Virus record (IMG/VR): IMGVR_UViG_3300032282_004167
Source of the DNA: an uncultured virus (IMG/VR IMGVR_UViG_3300032282_004167)
Lineage: Duplodnaviria > Heunggongvirae > Uroviricota > Caudoviricetes
Direction: 5' to 3' (one strand)
DNA length: 64,000 bases
Under the pieces are notes generated by a model that did no database searches, had not been told where the DNA came from, and was given only the letters and a program-made list of their open reading frames with translations. Both the position numbers and the translations under genes were made by a program. Below are positions 46,828-56,733 of this stretch, piece after piece (positions within the stretch are counted from its first letter, which is position 1; the number at the start of each line of letters is the position of its first letter).

Positions 46828-49410
46828 GTGTTTACATCACTTGATAATACAGGTTATATCAGGGTTAATTTCATCAGCGACGATGCGAATGCCGCCTCTA
46901 TGAATAAGCTAGCTTCCAGTAATGGAGCTATTATGGTTGCATCGCCAGTCCTGATGGGCGGATATACTTATCCGATTTTGGATGATATGGCTAATGGGGC
47001 CACTTACCAAATTCTCAAGGCTGATTTGCCCAAAGGTAATAATCAGCACTTGAATCAAATTTATCAGTTACTCAAACAGCCTGAGACAGTTTATTCTTAT
47101 GTTGATGAGGGTGACGTTACTATCGTTCAAATCGAAGGTTGGGATAGGTCTCAGACCCCAATGTCAACTCTCGGTTGGACAATCAATGCCGGTCCCAAGA
47201 CATTCAAGCGTTTGAAGACCTTGAATCGTCCTTTCCGTCTTTGGTCAAAGCCTGATCGCCCTCTCCGTGTTTATGTTGTTGAGGACGATAGTTACACAAA
47301 TGAGGACGTTGAAGGCCTTACTGATACTGAAAAAGAACGTTTGCTAGATGGTGCTTTTGTTATCTCTCGCAATTTGTATTCTCAGTGTCTTTCTAACGTA
47401 AGGTTTCCTGTTCTTGGTCACGATGAAGATCCTTCTTTCAACGTTGACTATTACCGTTCCGAGGAATACCTTCGCCAAGCCCAATTCTTTCACGCTTTCA
47501 ATGCGAGAATCTTTGGTCCTATGGAGTTTTCTGGTATCATGAAGAACGACACTGCCAACGGTATGCTCAAGGGTGAGGCATTCATCCATGCTTCTGATAC
47601 TTGTGAACGCATGCATGTTGATATCATTTGTGCTCGTAGTGCTCTTAAGTTTGAGGTGTACAATACCGAGACAACTTATGTTCTTCTTGAGCCTCAGAAA
47701 GCAAAGAAGTTCGGTGTTAATTCCGACCTTCAGTCCATGATCACTCTTCCTGGCGTTTATCAGCCTGAAGATGTTAAGTCTTGGATTCGCGATTATTTAC
47801 TTGCGAACTTTGAGAACTTGAAGAACGACAAGATCATGGAGTCATGGTTTGATATGGCTTCCCCGTTTTTCAATAGCAGCACTCGTTGGTTTGATCAAAA
47901 TGATCTGACTACTCTTACGAAGTGGAATGCACGTGCTTGGCTGATGAGTGGTCGTCGAGTTACCGAAAGTCCTTGGCTTTTCGAACAACTCGGCAATGCC
48001 ATTGCTAAGTCTATTCAGTCTACTGACGCTTCCAAATTGCGATTTCCAATTCCTTGTGCAGTTCGTGCTCAGGTAATTTCGCAATCCTTTGCGTCTATGG
48101 CTGGCGAAGATATCGTTGTTCCCGAAGGTGCTGCTCGTTGGTCTGAGGCTCTTGAGTCAATCGTGGTCAATGATCTTGATTGGTTAGAGATGTATCGCAG
48201 TCATGGCGGTCACGATCTTGATGATTTCTTCGTTGCTTACTACCGTACTTATCGCAACTGTCGTAAGATTATTATCGTTCGTTCCCCGAATGATTTTGGT
48301 GAGTATTCAATGTTTGATTTCGTTGAAGGTGATTGGTGTCCAATTTTTGAACGCCATGATGGTTCTTTCATCTACTTCCCTGAGATTTCTCATGATCCCT
48401 CTTTGTGGTCAAAACGTCTCAGCGAAGTTGTTTCTGATGAAGAGATCATTTATACAGGATTGCCTTCCGAAAGTCAGCCCAAACAACAGACTGGTGGTTC
48501 TTATGGGATGCAGCACGTGCTGAATCTTATTCAGAACAATTCTGGTTCTGCTGCTTGTGTTGGTGCTAACGTTAATGCTCGTGCTCTTTGGGCCTTGTCC
48601 ACCAATCGTCATCGTTCTGTTCAGCTTACCTCTATGGAGAACTGTATTGATACAGGTACTCAAGGTGGTTCTGCCGAAGACGCTGATGCTGTCATGGCTG
48701 AAGCTAAAGACATTGTCCAACAGATTGTCAGTGATCCAACTTTGATGATTGATGAATATATGTGGATGAGCAGATTTGCTAACATTTTTGGAATTCCTTT
48801 TGATCGCTCTAGGTTGACTGCTAATACTCACATTAGTGAGGCGCATCGATTTAGGATTAACGCTTCAAAATCATTCATGAAACTTGTTCGCGATCATGCT
48901 CAAACAAACTTTGTCAATTCTTGTGATCCACAAGTTCATCGCTTGGGTCAGCGTTATTTGCGTCTTGCCTATCAGGTTCTTACAAATACTCGCCTCGCTA
49001 TGGTTGGAATGCAACCTGTTGGCGAACAGAATCTAGTTCCTCGCGATTGGCAGAATGTTCATTCTCTAGTTCTTGAAGAAATTGAACGCTGTGAATCAGA
49101 AGTGGATCGTCACGATTTCATGATGGCTCTGTACTCTGTATGTTTCAAAGTTCCTGCTAGAACTTCTGGTAAGGTTTCTGATCAGTTGGTCATGAATCCT
49201 CACGTTTTTCCCTATTTAATGTCTGCTATGAGATTCTATGGACTTGCTTACGAGGTCAGTGTTGACGAAGCTGGCCATATCTCTAGGCATAAAACTGATA
49301 GTTGGGACTTGAAGTGCAATCAATGTGGTGTTGAGCTCAGCACCGCTGATCCTGTTGTTCTTCAAGCGTATCACCACCATGACAAGGCTTGTAAAGCCTG
49401 CCGTGCATAA
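46828..49410 (+). CDS. Single-chain two-barrel RNA polymerase candidate 2 (paralog of 23359-25794), with a C-terminal Zn finger
   Basis: LDGAFVIS, FNARIFGP..MLKG, GGHDLDD, IVRSPN, CVGANVN, CIDTGTQG, CNQC..CKAC. Start uncertain (46759-46828). Confidence 0.72.
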   Translation: MFTSLDNTGYIRVNFISDDANAASMNKLASSNGAIMVASPVLMGGYTYPILDDMANGATYQILKADLPKGNNQHLNQIYQLLKQPETVYSYVDEGDVTIVQIEGWDRSQTPMSTLGWTINAGPKTFKRLKTLNRPFRLWSKPDRPLRVYVVEDDSYTNEDVEGLTDTEKERLLDGAFVISRNLYSQCLSNVRFPVLGHDEDPSFNVDYYRSEEYLRQAQFFHAFNARIFGPMEFSGIMKNDTANGMLKGEAFIHASDTCERMHVDIICARSALKFEVYNTETTYVLLEPQKAKKFGVNSDLQSMITLPGVYQPEDVKSWIRDYLLANFENLKNDKIMESWFDMASPFFNSSTRWFDQNDLTTLTKWNARAWLMSGRRVTESPWLFEQLGNAIAKSIQSTDASKLRFPIPCAVRAQVISQSFASMAGEDIVVPEGAARWSEALESIVVNDLDWLEMYRSHGGHDLDDFFVAYYRTYRNCRKIIIVRSPNDFGEYSMFDFVEGDWCPIFERHDGSFIYFPEISHDPSLWSKRLSEVVSDEEIIYTGLPSESQPKQQTGGSYGMQHVLNLIQNNSGSAACVGANVNARALWALSTNRHRSVQLTSMENCIDTGTQGGSAEDADAVMAEAKDIVQQIVSDPTLMIDEYMWMSRFANIFGIPFDRSRLTANTHISEAHRFRINASKSFMKLVRDHAQTNFVNSCDPQVHRLGQRYLRLAYQVLTNTRLAMVGMQPVGEQNLVPRDWQNVHSLVLEEIERCESEVDRHDFMMALYSVCFKVPARTSGKVSDQLVMNPHVFPYLMSAMRFYGLAYEVSVDEAGHISRHKTDSWDLKCNQCGVELSTADPVVLQAYHHHDKACKACRA

Positions 49411-49413
49411 CCT

Positions 49414-49454
49414 TGATGGGGGTAGATATACCTTGTTGTATCTACCCCCATCAT
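49414..49454 (+). terminator. Stem-loop terminator
   Basis: tgatgggggtagatat/tatctacccccatca. Confidence 0.65.
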
Positions 49455-49469
49455 TAATCTGGAGATATT

Positions 49470-49808
49470 ATGAATCTACAAGAATTAGAATCTAAACTTG
49501 ATCCCTATTGGGCTTCAGATTCTATCAAAAGTATTGATGTTGAACCTGGTTGGTATCAGTTAGTTCTTGATTGTCATAAAGAATTACTCGCTGTTAATCC
49601 TCATTATACTATTGTCCAAATCAAACAAAAATTTGGACAACTCCGTTATTACATTAATGGAAATGATGCTATGACCGATAATATCATTTATAACTACGAA
49701 AACAAAAGCGTTGTTATCTGTGAACGATGTGGCGATCCAGGATCAACATCAAAAGTTTTTAATTTTTATATGCAGACTCTTTGCGAAAATCATCAAAAAG
49801 GAATATAA
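49470..49808 (+). CDS. Phage hypothetical protein
   Basis: GWYQLV...QIKQKFGQLRYY...CERCG...TLC..H. Confidence 0.7.
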   Translation: MNLQELESKLDPYWASDSIKSIDVEPGWYQLVLDCHKELLAVNPHYTIVQIKQKFGQLRYYINGNDAMTDNIIYNYENKSVVICERCGDPGSTSKVFNFYMQTLCENHQKGI

Positions 49809-49810
49809 CA

Positions 49811-49984
49811 GTGAACCGTAACTACAATCAAGTAATCAAATGGATTTTGATTGCTATGTTAGTTCTTGTGATAGGTGTTCCTTTTCTATCATTTATGCTC
49901 ACTATCTTTTTCAATATTTATGGTGGATTTATTGTTATTGGTTTAGTGATTGCAGTTATGCTTCTTATCGCAAAGGATCTCTGA
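49811..49984 (+). CDS. Small two-TM membrane protein
   Basis: GTG start after AAGGA, hydrophobic. Confidence 0.5.
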   Translation: MNRNYNQVIKWILIAMLVLVIGVPFLSFMLTIFFNIYGGFIVIGLVIAVMLLIAKDL

Positions 49985-50640
49985 TGCCTCCTATAGAAAA
50001 AGATTATTCTTTAGATTTCATTAATTTCCCTGTTCATGCTACTTATTATTCTCATCACTCTTGGCTTTTAGCCGCTTATAGCGATTTTAAAGCTTCTGGA
50101 ATAACTCTTCAACAAGCTGCAGAAGTTGATTTGACTTGGGATGAGTATTATGAGCCTCTTGAAAAACTTTTTTTTACCGAATCAAAAACTAGCCTTCTTG
50201 ATTGTGTTAGTTCGATGATCGAAACAGCTCCTCCTTCTGTAGATTATATAGAACAAGATATTAAATCTTTTAGGCTTTTATATAGTCAAACTCAAGATAG
50301 AATAGCTGAACTAGCTGCTAATTTCTCTGTAGATTATCTTCACCTTTATAAGAAAGATTTTGTTGCTTGGACAAAAGTTTTTAACACCTTTTATTCAAGC
50401 ATTTGGGAAGATTCTCATTTGTTCAAAGCAGCGGTAAAATCTTATTGCGCCGGTTCTTATTTTGATATGACTATTCACTTATGGGCATGTATGCGTCCAA
50501 AAAATTTGGTCATGGTATATACATTGTCCGATTACCTTGATGATTTTGATCATGAACATCATTGGCTTGCTTACGACGATGCTAACGAGTATGTATGTAC
50601 CTCATGTGGCGAGAAAAAACAAGCTATTACAACTTACTGA
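49984..50640 (+). CDS. Hypothetical protein
   Basis: Likely starts at MPPIEKD. C-terminal CTSC. Confidence 0.55.
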   Translation: MPPIEKDYSLDFINFPVHATYYSHHSWLLAAYSDFKASGITLQQAAEVDLTWDEYYEPLEKLFFTESKTSLLDCVSSMIETAPPSVDYIEQDIKSFRLLYSQTQDRIAELAANFSVDYLHLYKKDFVAWTKVFNTFYSSIWEDSHLFKAAVKSYCAGSYFDMTIHLWACMRPKNLVMVYTLSDYLDDFDHEHHWLAYDDANEYVCTSCGEKKQAITTY

Positions 50641-50654
50641 CTATTGGAGCTTAA

Positions 50655-51227
50655 TTGTTTAATATCGAACATAATGATTCAGAGCCTATTGATTACGCTA
50701 TAGCTGAGTTATCAATCAGCAAAGTAATCTCTCCTTTGATGACTGTTTATAGAAGCAACGAGAAGATTATCTCCCTTAAGTTTCCACAAGTAGAATCTAG
50801 CGAGCAAAGACTTCAAACACTTAAACAAGCCTCTTGGGTTAGTGGTGTTTTTGGTGCTTCAGCTATCCGTTTTATTGTTGACTCCAACGTACTGACTACT
50901 AAGGTCAATGGCGATAAAGTCCCCATGGATGCTCTTATTACGGTTTACGCAAATAGCACTGGCTGTTGGGGCTATGCTTCTCCATATTTTATGCATCCTG
51001 AATCTACTGAGCCTATTTGGCAGAGTGACAATACCGTTTCTTCTGATGACATTCTTGATTCACAACCCTCACTTGTTGCCTTTGCTGCGTCTCAGTTCTT
51101 TTTCAGAGAAAACCCTCTCCCATGGACTTCTTACCGTAAGTATTTAATTGCTAATGGGTTTGAATTCCTGTATCATGGCCGCTATAATGAGGACAACATT
51201 GGTGCTACCATGAAGACTTTAGTATAG
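50655..51227 (+). CDS. Hypothetical protein
   Basis: 190 aa, GGAG RBS. Confidence 0.6.
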   Translation: MFNIEHNDSEPIDYAIAELSISKVISPLMTVYRSNEKIISLKFPQVESSEQRLQTLKQASWVSGVFGASAIRFIVDSNVLTTKVNGDKVPMDALITVYANSTGCWGYASPYFMHPESTEPIWQSDNTVSSDDILDSQPSLVAFAASQFFFRENPLPWTSYRKYLIANGFEFLYHGRYNEDNIGATMKTLV

Positions 51228-51235
51228 GATGATCT

Positions 51236-51709
51236 ATGTCGCCGTATGAAAATGTATTATGTGATCGAGTTCGATACGGCAATAGTTTTGACTATTCTTA
51301 TGTCGTTGATGATGTTTCCATGAACGACTGGAACAAGCTTCTTAGGACTGCTTCTTTGGCTAAGAGCAGCACTCATCGTTTTAGGATTGCTGCTACCGTA
51401 GTCAAAGGCAGAAAGCCTATATCAAGAAGTGTTAATCGTTACAAATCTCACCCTTTCGTTCCTCCTCGGAGATTCAGCCTTCATGCTGAAGTTGCGGCAT
51501 TGATGAATGTAACAGATCCTAATGGCGCTACTCTTTATGTAGCTCGTCTTGATTCCGAGAATAGGCTTGCTCCTGCAAAGCCTTGTGTTTTTTGTGTAAG
51601 CTACATGAGAGATCTTGGTATTGATAGAGTCGTGTATTCTGTCTCTCCTAATTCTTGTGAAAGTTTTCATTTGACTATGGTTACATCAAAGCTTTTTGTC
51701 GAACCATAA
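51236..51709 (+). CDS. Zn-dependent cytidine/dCMP deaminase-family protein
   Basis: HAE, LYVAR, PCVFC, GIDRVVYS. Confidence 0.85.
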   Translation: MSPYENVLCDRVRYGNSFDYSYVVDDVSMNDWNKLLRTASLAKSSTHRFRIAATVVKGRKPISRSVNRYKSHPFVPPRRFSLHAEVAALMNVTDPNGATLYVARLDSENRLAPAKPCVFCVSYMRDLGIDRVVYSVSPNSCESFHLTMVTSKLFVEP

Positions 51710-51716
51710 AAAATAA

Positions 51717-51935
51717 ATGGCTGAACAAGTTGTAACCAATAACGGTTATCAGTATACTGCTTTTGTGTACGAAGGTGAACCATTAGCTCTTGAATATCCT
51801 GATGGCACTATCATTCCAATTCCTCCAGATAAAGTTCATATGTTTTTGATAAGTGGCTTTCTTCTTTCTGGGGAACCGTGTAAAATACTGCTTGAGAAAT
51901 CTCCTATTTCTCGTCTTGACATAGTAGTTGATTAA
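51717..51935 (+). CDS. Hypothetical protein
   Basis: 72 aa, in the operon. Confidence 0.5.
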   Translation: MAEQVVTNNGYQYTAFVYEGEPLALEYPDGTIIPIPPDKVHMFLISGFLLSGEPCKILLEKSPISRLDIVVD

Positions 51936-51943
51936 GGATTTTT

Positions 51944-52390
51944 ATGGAATATGTTGACATTTTAGACGTAGACTCTGTTTACACAAAAGATGCTTGTATA
52001 GTGTCTCTTACTGTAACTATTGAAAACGAACTTTACATCTTTACCGGTACTTCTCGTCGGCATCCTGATGACAAGCCTAACGAAAAGCTTGCTCATATGA
52101 TAGCCTACGCACGTGCTTATGAGAATCTTTCTTATAATCTCACAAAACGCGCTAAAGGACGAATGAAGCATGTGGAGGATGTAAAGGCTATGAAACAAAA
52201 AGGGAGCGCTTTTAAGCGTTTAAAAACTTCAGCAACCGCGAAAAAAAATGTTGCTCAGCCATCTCTTTTTGATCATCCATCAACTTCTAATCCTTCAGGC
52301 CTTAACCATTCTCTCGCTGATCATTATAGGTCTTCTAAGGATTTTATTCCTGGTAAGAAATCTTTCTTGCCCAAAAAGTCAACTGAATAG
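51944..52390 (+). CDS. DUF1876-like (dsRBD-fold) protein
   Basis: GTSRRHPDDKPN......AYARA. Confidence 0.6.
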   Translation: MEYVDILDVDSVYTKDACIVSLTVTIENELYIFTGTSRRHPDDKPNEKLAHMIAYARAYENLSYNLTKRAKGRMKHVEDVKAMKQKGSAFKRLKTSATAKKNVAQPSLFDHPSTSNPSGLNHSLADHYRSSKDFIPGKKSFLPKKSTE

Positions 52391-52395
52391 CTGTC

Positions 52396-52596
52396 ATGAT
52401 CTGCTATTCTTGTCGACAAGAAATAGATCAGATACATTTAGATAAATCTCATGTTCATCATGATAATCTTCAGTGTGATGATATTTATACTGATCATGAA
52501 TATGATGATATAATACATGTCGTAATTTGTCACTATACTTACGCATATCACGACAGTTGTTGTCCAATCTGTCAGTTTCAACCAGCTATTATATAG
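52396..52596 (+). CDS. Small Cys/His-rich protein
   Basis: CYSC...HDSCCPIC. Confidence 0.45.
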   Translation: MICYSCRQEIDQIHLDKSHVHHDNLQCDDIYTDHEYDDIIHVVICHYTYAYHDSCCPICQFQPAII

Positions 52597-52805
52597 GGGA
52601 TATTAGCAATGTCATCCGAAAAAGAAGCACCAAAAACTCTTTATCAAAATGATCTTCAAAACATTAGTTTAGCTCTTACCAAGCAAGACTACGATAGAAT
52701 CATGGCTAAGCGTGATCGTCCTATTGATCAGCCAATAAACAAAAAGGATACTCGGAAAAGCTTAGCTTGACGATATCCTGCCAAAGTCTGTTTTCTTTGG
52801 CTTAA

Positions 52806-52881
52806 GCGGGGAGGTGCGGCGCTGGTTGCTGCAGCATGTCTTATAAACATGTGGTCCTGGGTTCAATTCCCAGTCCCCGTA
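52806..52881 (+). tRNA. tRNA-Ile(UAU) with an extended D stem
   Basis: GCGGGGA/TCCCCGT acceptor, TGCGGC/GCTGCA D stem, CATGT-CTTATAA-ACATG anticodon arm, CTGGG-TTCAATT-CCCAG T arm. Confidence 0.85.
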
Positions 52882-52891
52882 CTAATATCTC

Positions 52892-52921
52892 TTGACATCT
52901 TATCTTTCTTTGTGGTACAGT
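52892..52921 (+). promoter_or_regulatory. Housekeeping sigma-type promoter upstream of the endolysin-like gene
   Basis: TTGACA-18 bp-TACAGT with a TG extension. Confidence 0.5.
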
Positions 52922-52949
52922 ATTTTTACTGTCGTCACAAGGAGGTAAT

Positions 52950-53723
52950 ATGTCTTATAATTTTTCTGCTGAATCTGGATTTCCTATTCCATCTTCCCTT
53001 AAGGGCAAACGTAATGGTGAGCTTCCTGACTCCATTCTTGTACAGCTTCCCTCTCCTGCTAGAGGAAGAATGGAGAAAACAGCAGCCCGCGCTTTTGCTG
53101 CATTAGCTGCTGCATTTAAACATGATACTAACAGATCTCTCGGCACTACTTCTGCTGCCGATGCCTATAGGTCTCGTGCAAATCAAATAGGTGCTTTTTA
53201 TAAGAGATATCGTTCCGTGTTTAATCCACTAACTTGCACACTTACCGACGGTAGACTTGGTCCCGACGGTAAGCGTTGGTACAAACTTCGTGGAGTTGCT
53301 GCACTTGCTGGTTTCGATAAGGATGGCAACGTTAAGTCACTTCATGGTCTTGGTCTTGCTGCTGATCTTTCTCCTGTTAATACTATTTGGCTTGAGAAAA
53401 ATGCTATACGTTTTGGTTTTAAAAAGTCTAGCCCCAAAGAACCTTGGCACTGGTTCTATACATGTGGCGATACTCTTCCACAAGCCGTTCTTGATTATGA
53501 GAAATCTTTAGCTTCTTCTCAAAATCCTTCCGCCCCTACTAAACCAACTCTTCGTCTTGGTAGCACTGGTGAAGATGTCAAGATTGTTCAAAAGGCTGTT
53601 GGAGCCTTTGTTGATGGTAACTTCGGACCAAAAACTCAGCAGGCTGTTATGACTTTTCAACAGGCTCACGGCATCGTTATGGATGGAATTGTTGGTCCTC
53701 AAACATGGAAAGTTATTCTTTAA
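52950..53723 (+). CDS. Endolysin-like peptidoglycan hydrolase: M15 peptidase plus PG-binding domain
   Basis: YRS...Q, SLHGLGLAAD, EPWHW. C-terminal LRLGSTGEDVK..Q...DG.FGPKT..AV..FQ...DGIVGPQTW. Confidence 0.88.
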   Translation: MSYNFSAESGFPIPSSLKGKRNGELPDSILVQLPSPARGRMEKTAARAFAALAAAFKHDTNRSLGTTSAADAYRSRANQIGAFYKRYRSVFNPLTCTLTDGRLGPDGKRWYKLRGVAALAGFDKDGNVKSLHGLGLAADLSPVNTIWLEKNAIRFGFKKSSPKEPWHWFYTCGDTLPQAVLDYEKSLASSQNPSAPTKPTLRLGSTGEDVKIVQKAVGAFVDGNFGPKTQQAVMTFQQAHGIVMDGIVGPQTWKVIL

Positions 53724-53980
53724 TGTCTGATAACAATACTAAACGCACTAGGATAAAGACTTCAGATTCTCCTGATGCTCCTCGTCCTAAAAATAGGTCC
53801 AAAGACTCTGTTCGATGTCCTGTATGCGTTCAGAAAATTTCTATTCTTAGGGATAAAGATATTGATGAGCAAATAAAGAACAAGCTTCAAAAATGTGCTG
53901 GTTCAAATAACATGGACTGCTCAGTCGTTTTAAGAAATCCAAAAAATAGAGAGATCCTTAATCAAATTCTAAATAGATAG
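53723..53980 (+). CDS. Hypothetical protein
   Basis: CPVC motif, abuts the endolysin stop. Confidence 0.5.
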   Translation: MSDNNTKRTRIKTSDSPDAPRPKNRSKDSVRCPVCVQKISILRDKDIDEQIKNKLQKCAGSNNMDCSVVLRNPKNREILNQILNR

Positions 53981-53989
53981 TTTTGAGGA

Positions 53990-54916
53990 ATGTCATATAC
54001 TTCTTTTAATTCACTATTAGATATACCAACCATTTCTAAAAATCAAGCTACAGTTCTTCTTTCTTCTCTCTTTAATTCTTTTAAGAACGACAATATTCTT
54101 ATAAAGCCTGTTTCTTATAATGTTGATTGTTATCCAAATAAGATGATATTTAACATAATGTTTTATGCTCCGCCTACTAATTGGTATACTCATTTTAATG
54201 ATGAATATGAATTTGGTGACCAAGTCTTTTCCCTTCCTTTTCCTCATAGGTATTTTATTGTTAACTTTGAGACGAGAAAAGATATAACCAATCAGTATAA
54301 GATTGAATCTTCACACATAAGTCATGATTTTGTTTCTTTTAAGAATCCAGAAGAAAATATCTATAAGTATATTTCTTCCGTACCTTTGTCTAATCATTAC
54401 AATCTTAGTGTTTGCACTGCTTACTCATTAGGCCCTCGTGCTAAGTCATCTATGTATTCTGATTGTCAAGACTTATTTAGTGAATTCTTTTCTTCTAATT
54501 ACAATACTGATTACGTAAATCTTTCTCTGCATTCAAATAAAACTGCTTATCTCTTGTTAAAATATCTTGATTTCTCTATTTCAGATGCACCTATAAGTGA
54601 CGATATGTTTATTATTGCAGACACTGCAAAGCACTCCTCTGACTTTCCTACCTATATCAATAATCTTACTAGGCTTCGAAGATGCTCTTATCAAACATAC
54701 TATTCTCATTTATATTATAACTTTTTGACTACTTGGAGCAATACTCCTACTATTTGGTCTGATATTCCTCAAAAAGAATATAGAATGCATGGATATAGAG
54801 ACACTAGGTTTCGTAGCTACTCCTTAAAAAGAACTGGTTACTTATACTCTACTAATAAGTTTTTTAATAATCCTCTTATCCATAATTTAGACGATCTTAT
54901 TTCCACCCTCTATTAA
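53990..54916 (+). CDS. Possible prokaryotic E2-like protein
   Basis: LPFP..YFIV...PLSNHYNLSVC...FFSSNYN resembles the Prok-E2 PxxN..C core. Tentative. Confidence 0.4.
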   Translation: MSYTSFNSLLDIPTISKNQATVLLSSLFNSFKNDNILIKPVSYNVDCYPNKMIFNIMFYAPPTNWYTHFNDEYEFGDQVFSLPFPHRYFIVNFETRKDITNQYKIESSHISHDFVSFKNPEENIYKYISSVPLSNHYNLSVCTAYSLGPRAKSSMYSDCQDLFSEFFSSNYNTDYVNLSLHSNKTAYLLLKYLDFSISDAPISDDMFIIADTAKHSSDFPTYINNLTRLRRCSYQTYYSHLYYNFLTTWSNTPTIWSDIPQKEYRMHGYRDTRFRSYSLKRTGYLYSTNKFFNNPLIHNLDDLISTLY

Positions 54917-54927
54917 TAAAAGAGAAT

Positions 54928-55479
54928 ATGATGAATGAATCTGTTTCTGAAGAAATTGTTCCTCTAGAAGAAGAAGAATATCTCGAAGAAGATCCTGTCA
55001 CTGACATGATTTATAATCGCCCTATGGATCTTTATCCGTTATTCATTGGTCAAGATTCAACTGATACTGTTTGGCAAGATATGCTATCTTTTGTCCAAAC
55101 TCATTCTTGGACTGTTGAAAATGGTGAAGGTAACTTTGATTACAACATATACTCTGATTACCTAGAACAAGTACTTTATGTCTTGCTTTCTGATTTCAAT
55201 CAAGCTTCTCAGTTTATAGCGTCTATGCTAGTGACTAGTCCTCATGCAGCCACTTTACCCGATACTGTGAAAGTTTTTTCCAAGTATTCTTCACGTAAGG
55301 CATTTGCTCATTATCTTTTTAATGGCGATAAAATTCCTAATGATATCTATAAAGTCAATTCTGAATATGACTTTGACCAGATTATTGAATACTACGACAC
55401 TGCCCCTACTCACGTAAAGCCTGCTATTGCAGACTACTTGCAAAAAGTAACTCCTATGGTATATCATACTTCTGAATGA
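54928..55479 (+). CDS. Acidic hypothetical protein
   Basis: 183 aa. Confidence 0.55.
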   Translation: MMNESVSEEIVPLEEEEYLEEDPVTDMIYNRPMDLYPLFIGQDSTDTVWQDMLSFVQTHSWTVENGEGNFDYNIYSDYLEQVLYVLLSDFNQASQFIASMLVTSPHAATLPDTVKVFSKYSSRKAFAHYLFNGDKIPNDIYKVNSEYDFDQIIEYYDTAPTHVKPAIADYLQKVTPMVYHTSE

Positions 55480-55492
55480 TTAGGAGCTTATT

Positions 55493-55957
55493 ATTTATAT
55501 CGAAGTTTTTATAGATGGAGCAAGTAGAAATAATGGATCTTCTGTTCATCAACCAGAAGCATCGTGTGCGTGTGTCATTTATAAGAACAAGAAAGAAATA
55601 GTTCGCTTTGCTAGAGGATTAGGTAACAGAACTAATAATGAAGCTGAATATGAAGCTCTCATCGCAGCTTTATTAATTTGTTCAATGAGTAATCTGGATC
55701 GTCCTATTATCTATTCTGATTCTGCTGTCGTTGTTAATCATATCAATGATAAATGGGCTTGTAGATCTCCTCATCTTCTCCCTCTTTATCTTACTGTTAA
55801 AGAGATTCAGAAAGAGTTTGCATTTACTCTTAAGCAAGTTAACAGAAATAGAGTTTTTCTTCCTGATCAATTATGTAATGAATTTCTCGATCAACTTTAT
55901 GAAGAAAGACAAAGATTAAAACTAACTGATATCGTATCCAATGATATGGAGAAATAA
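55493..55957 (+). CDS. rnhA: Ribonuclease HI (probable ATT start)
   Basis: FIDGASR, TNNEAEYEAL, IYSDS, V.R.....D.LCN. The frame is bounded by TAG at 55481 and has no ATG/GTG/TTG before the first motif. Confidence 0.85.
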   Translation: MYIEVFIDGASRNNGSSVHQPEASCACVIYKNKKEIVRFARGLGNRTNNEAEYEALIAALLICSMSNLDRPIIYSDSAVVVNHINDKWACRSPHLLPLYLTVKEIQKEFAFTLKQVNRNRVFLPDQLCNEFLDQLYEERQRLKLTDIVSNDMEK

Positions 55958-56733
55958 TGTCTTACGATGACGATGATGTCTTTGATATTTCTAAGCCATC
56001 TCCATCCTTCTCTTCTGACTCAGAACCCCATGCTTCAAAGAGTAATAGCCCTTTCAATAATCCCAACATACCAGTTTACCTCAAAGACGCGTTAAGCCGT
56101 TATGTTCAGGAAAATCCTGAGCTCCTTTCTGCTCTATATGACCAGGGTAGAGCTGTTCCGAAGTATACTCAGACTTTTGCTACTCTGTCAGAAACTCTTT
56201 CAAGTGTATTTCTTCAGAATCAAGAATCTGCACCTATTCGTGCTGCTATTGATATTCTTGATGAAATCACTGATGGTGCCGTCTCTCGCCGTTCTAGGGT
56301 TTACGACTTTGAGCGTGCTATCCAAGCGTTATATATTAACCTTTGGCTCTGTAACGATTTGTTTGCTTATCTCAAGAATAACGACAGAACTCCTACTACT
56401 GATTTTGTTGAGTTCATGAATTATCTTGCTACCTTTATTGACATTACAAAGTTCTCTATTGAAGACATGTGTGATCAGTACATTTCCGCTTGCGAGTTGG
56501 CTTCTGTGACTCCTTCTCAAGAACTTATTGAAACAGGCAGTCTTCAATACGCTGATTCTTCTTATCTTTGCCTCGTTGGATTCCCTGCTTATAAGCATCA
56601 TTTTCTGTATGGCGATGTTTCTGCGGTCCACGAAATTGGTCATACTTTTGTAGAAGATATGTCTAAAGCTTTCTCTACTCTTGTGTACACTGGTGAGGAG
56701 ATAGTTAGTGAAATTTCTGTTCCACAGCACTAA
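55957..56733 (+). CDS. Hypothetical protein
   Basis: 258 aa, GGAG RBS. Confidence 0.6.
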   Translation: MSYDDDDVFDISKPSPSFSSDSEPHASKSNSPFNNPNIPVYLKDALSRYVQENPELLSALYDQGRAVPKYTQTFATLSETLSSVFLQNQESAPIRAAIDILDEITDGAVSRRSRVYDFERAIQALYINLWLCNDLFAYLKNNDRTPTTDFVEFMNYLATFIDITKFSIEDMCDQYISACELASVTPSQELIETGSLQYADSSYLCLVGFPAYKHHFLYGDVSAVHEIGHTFVEDMSKAFSTLVYTGEEIVSEISVPQH

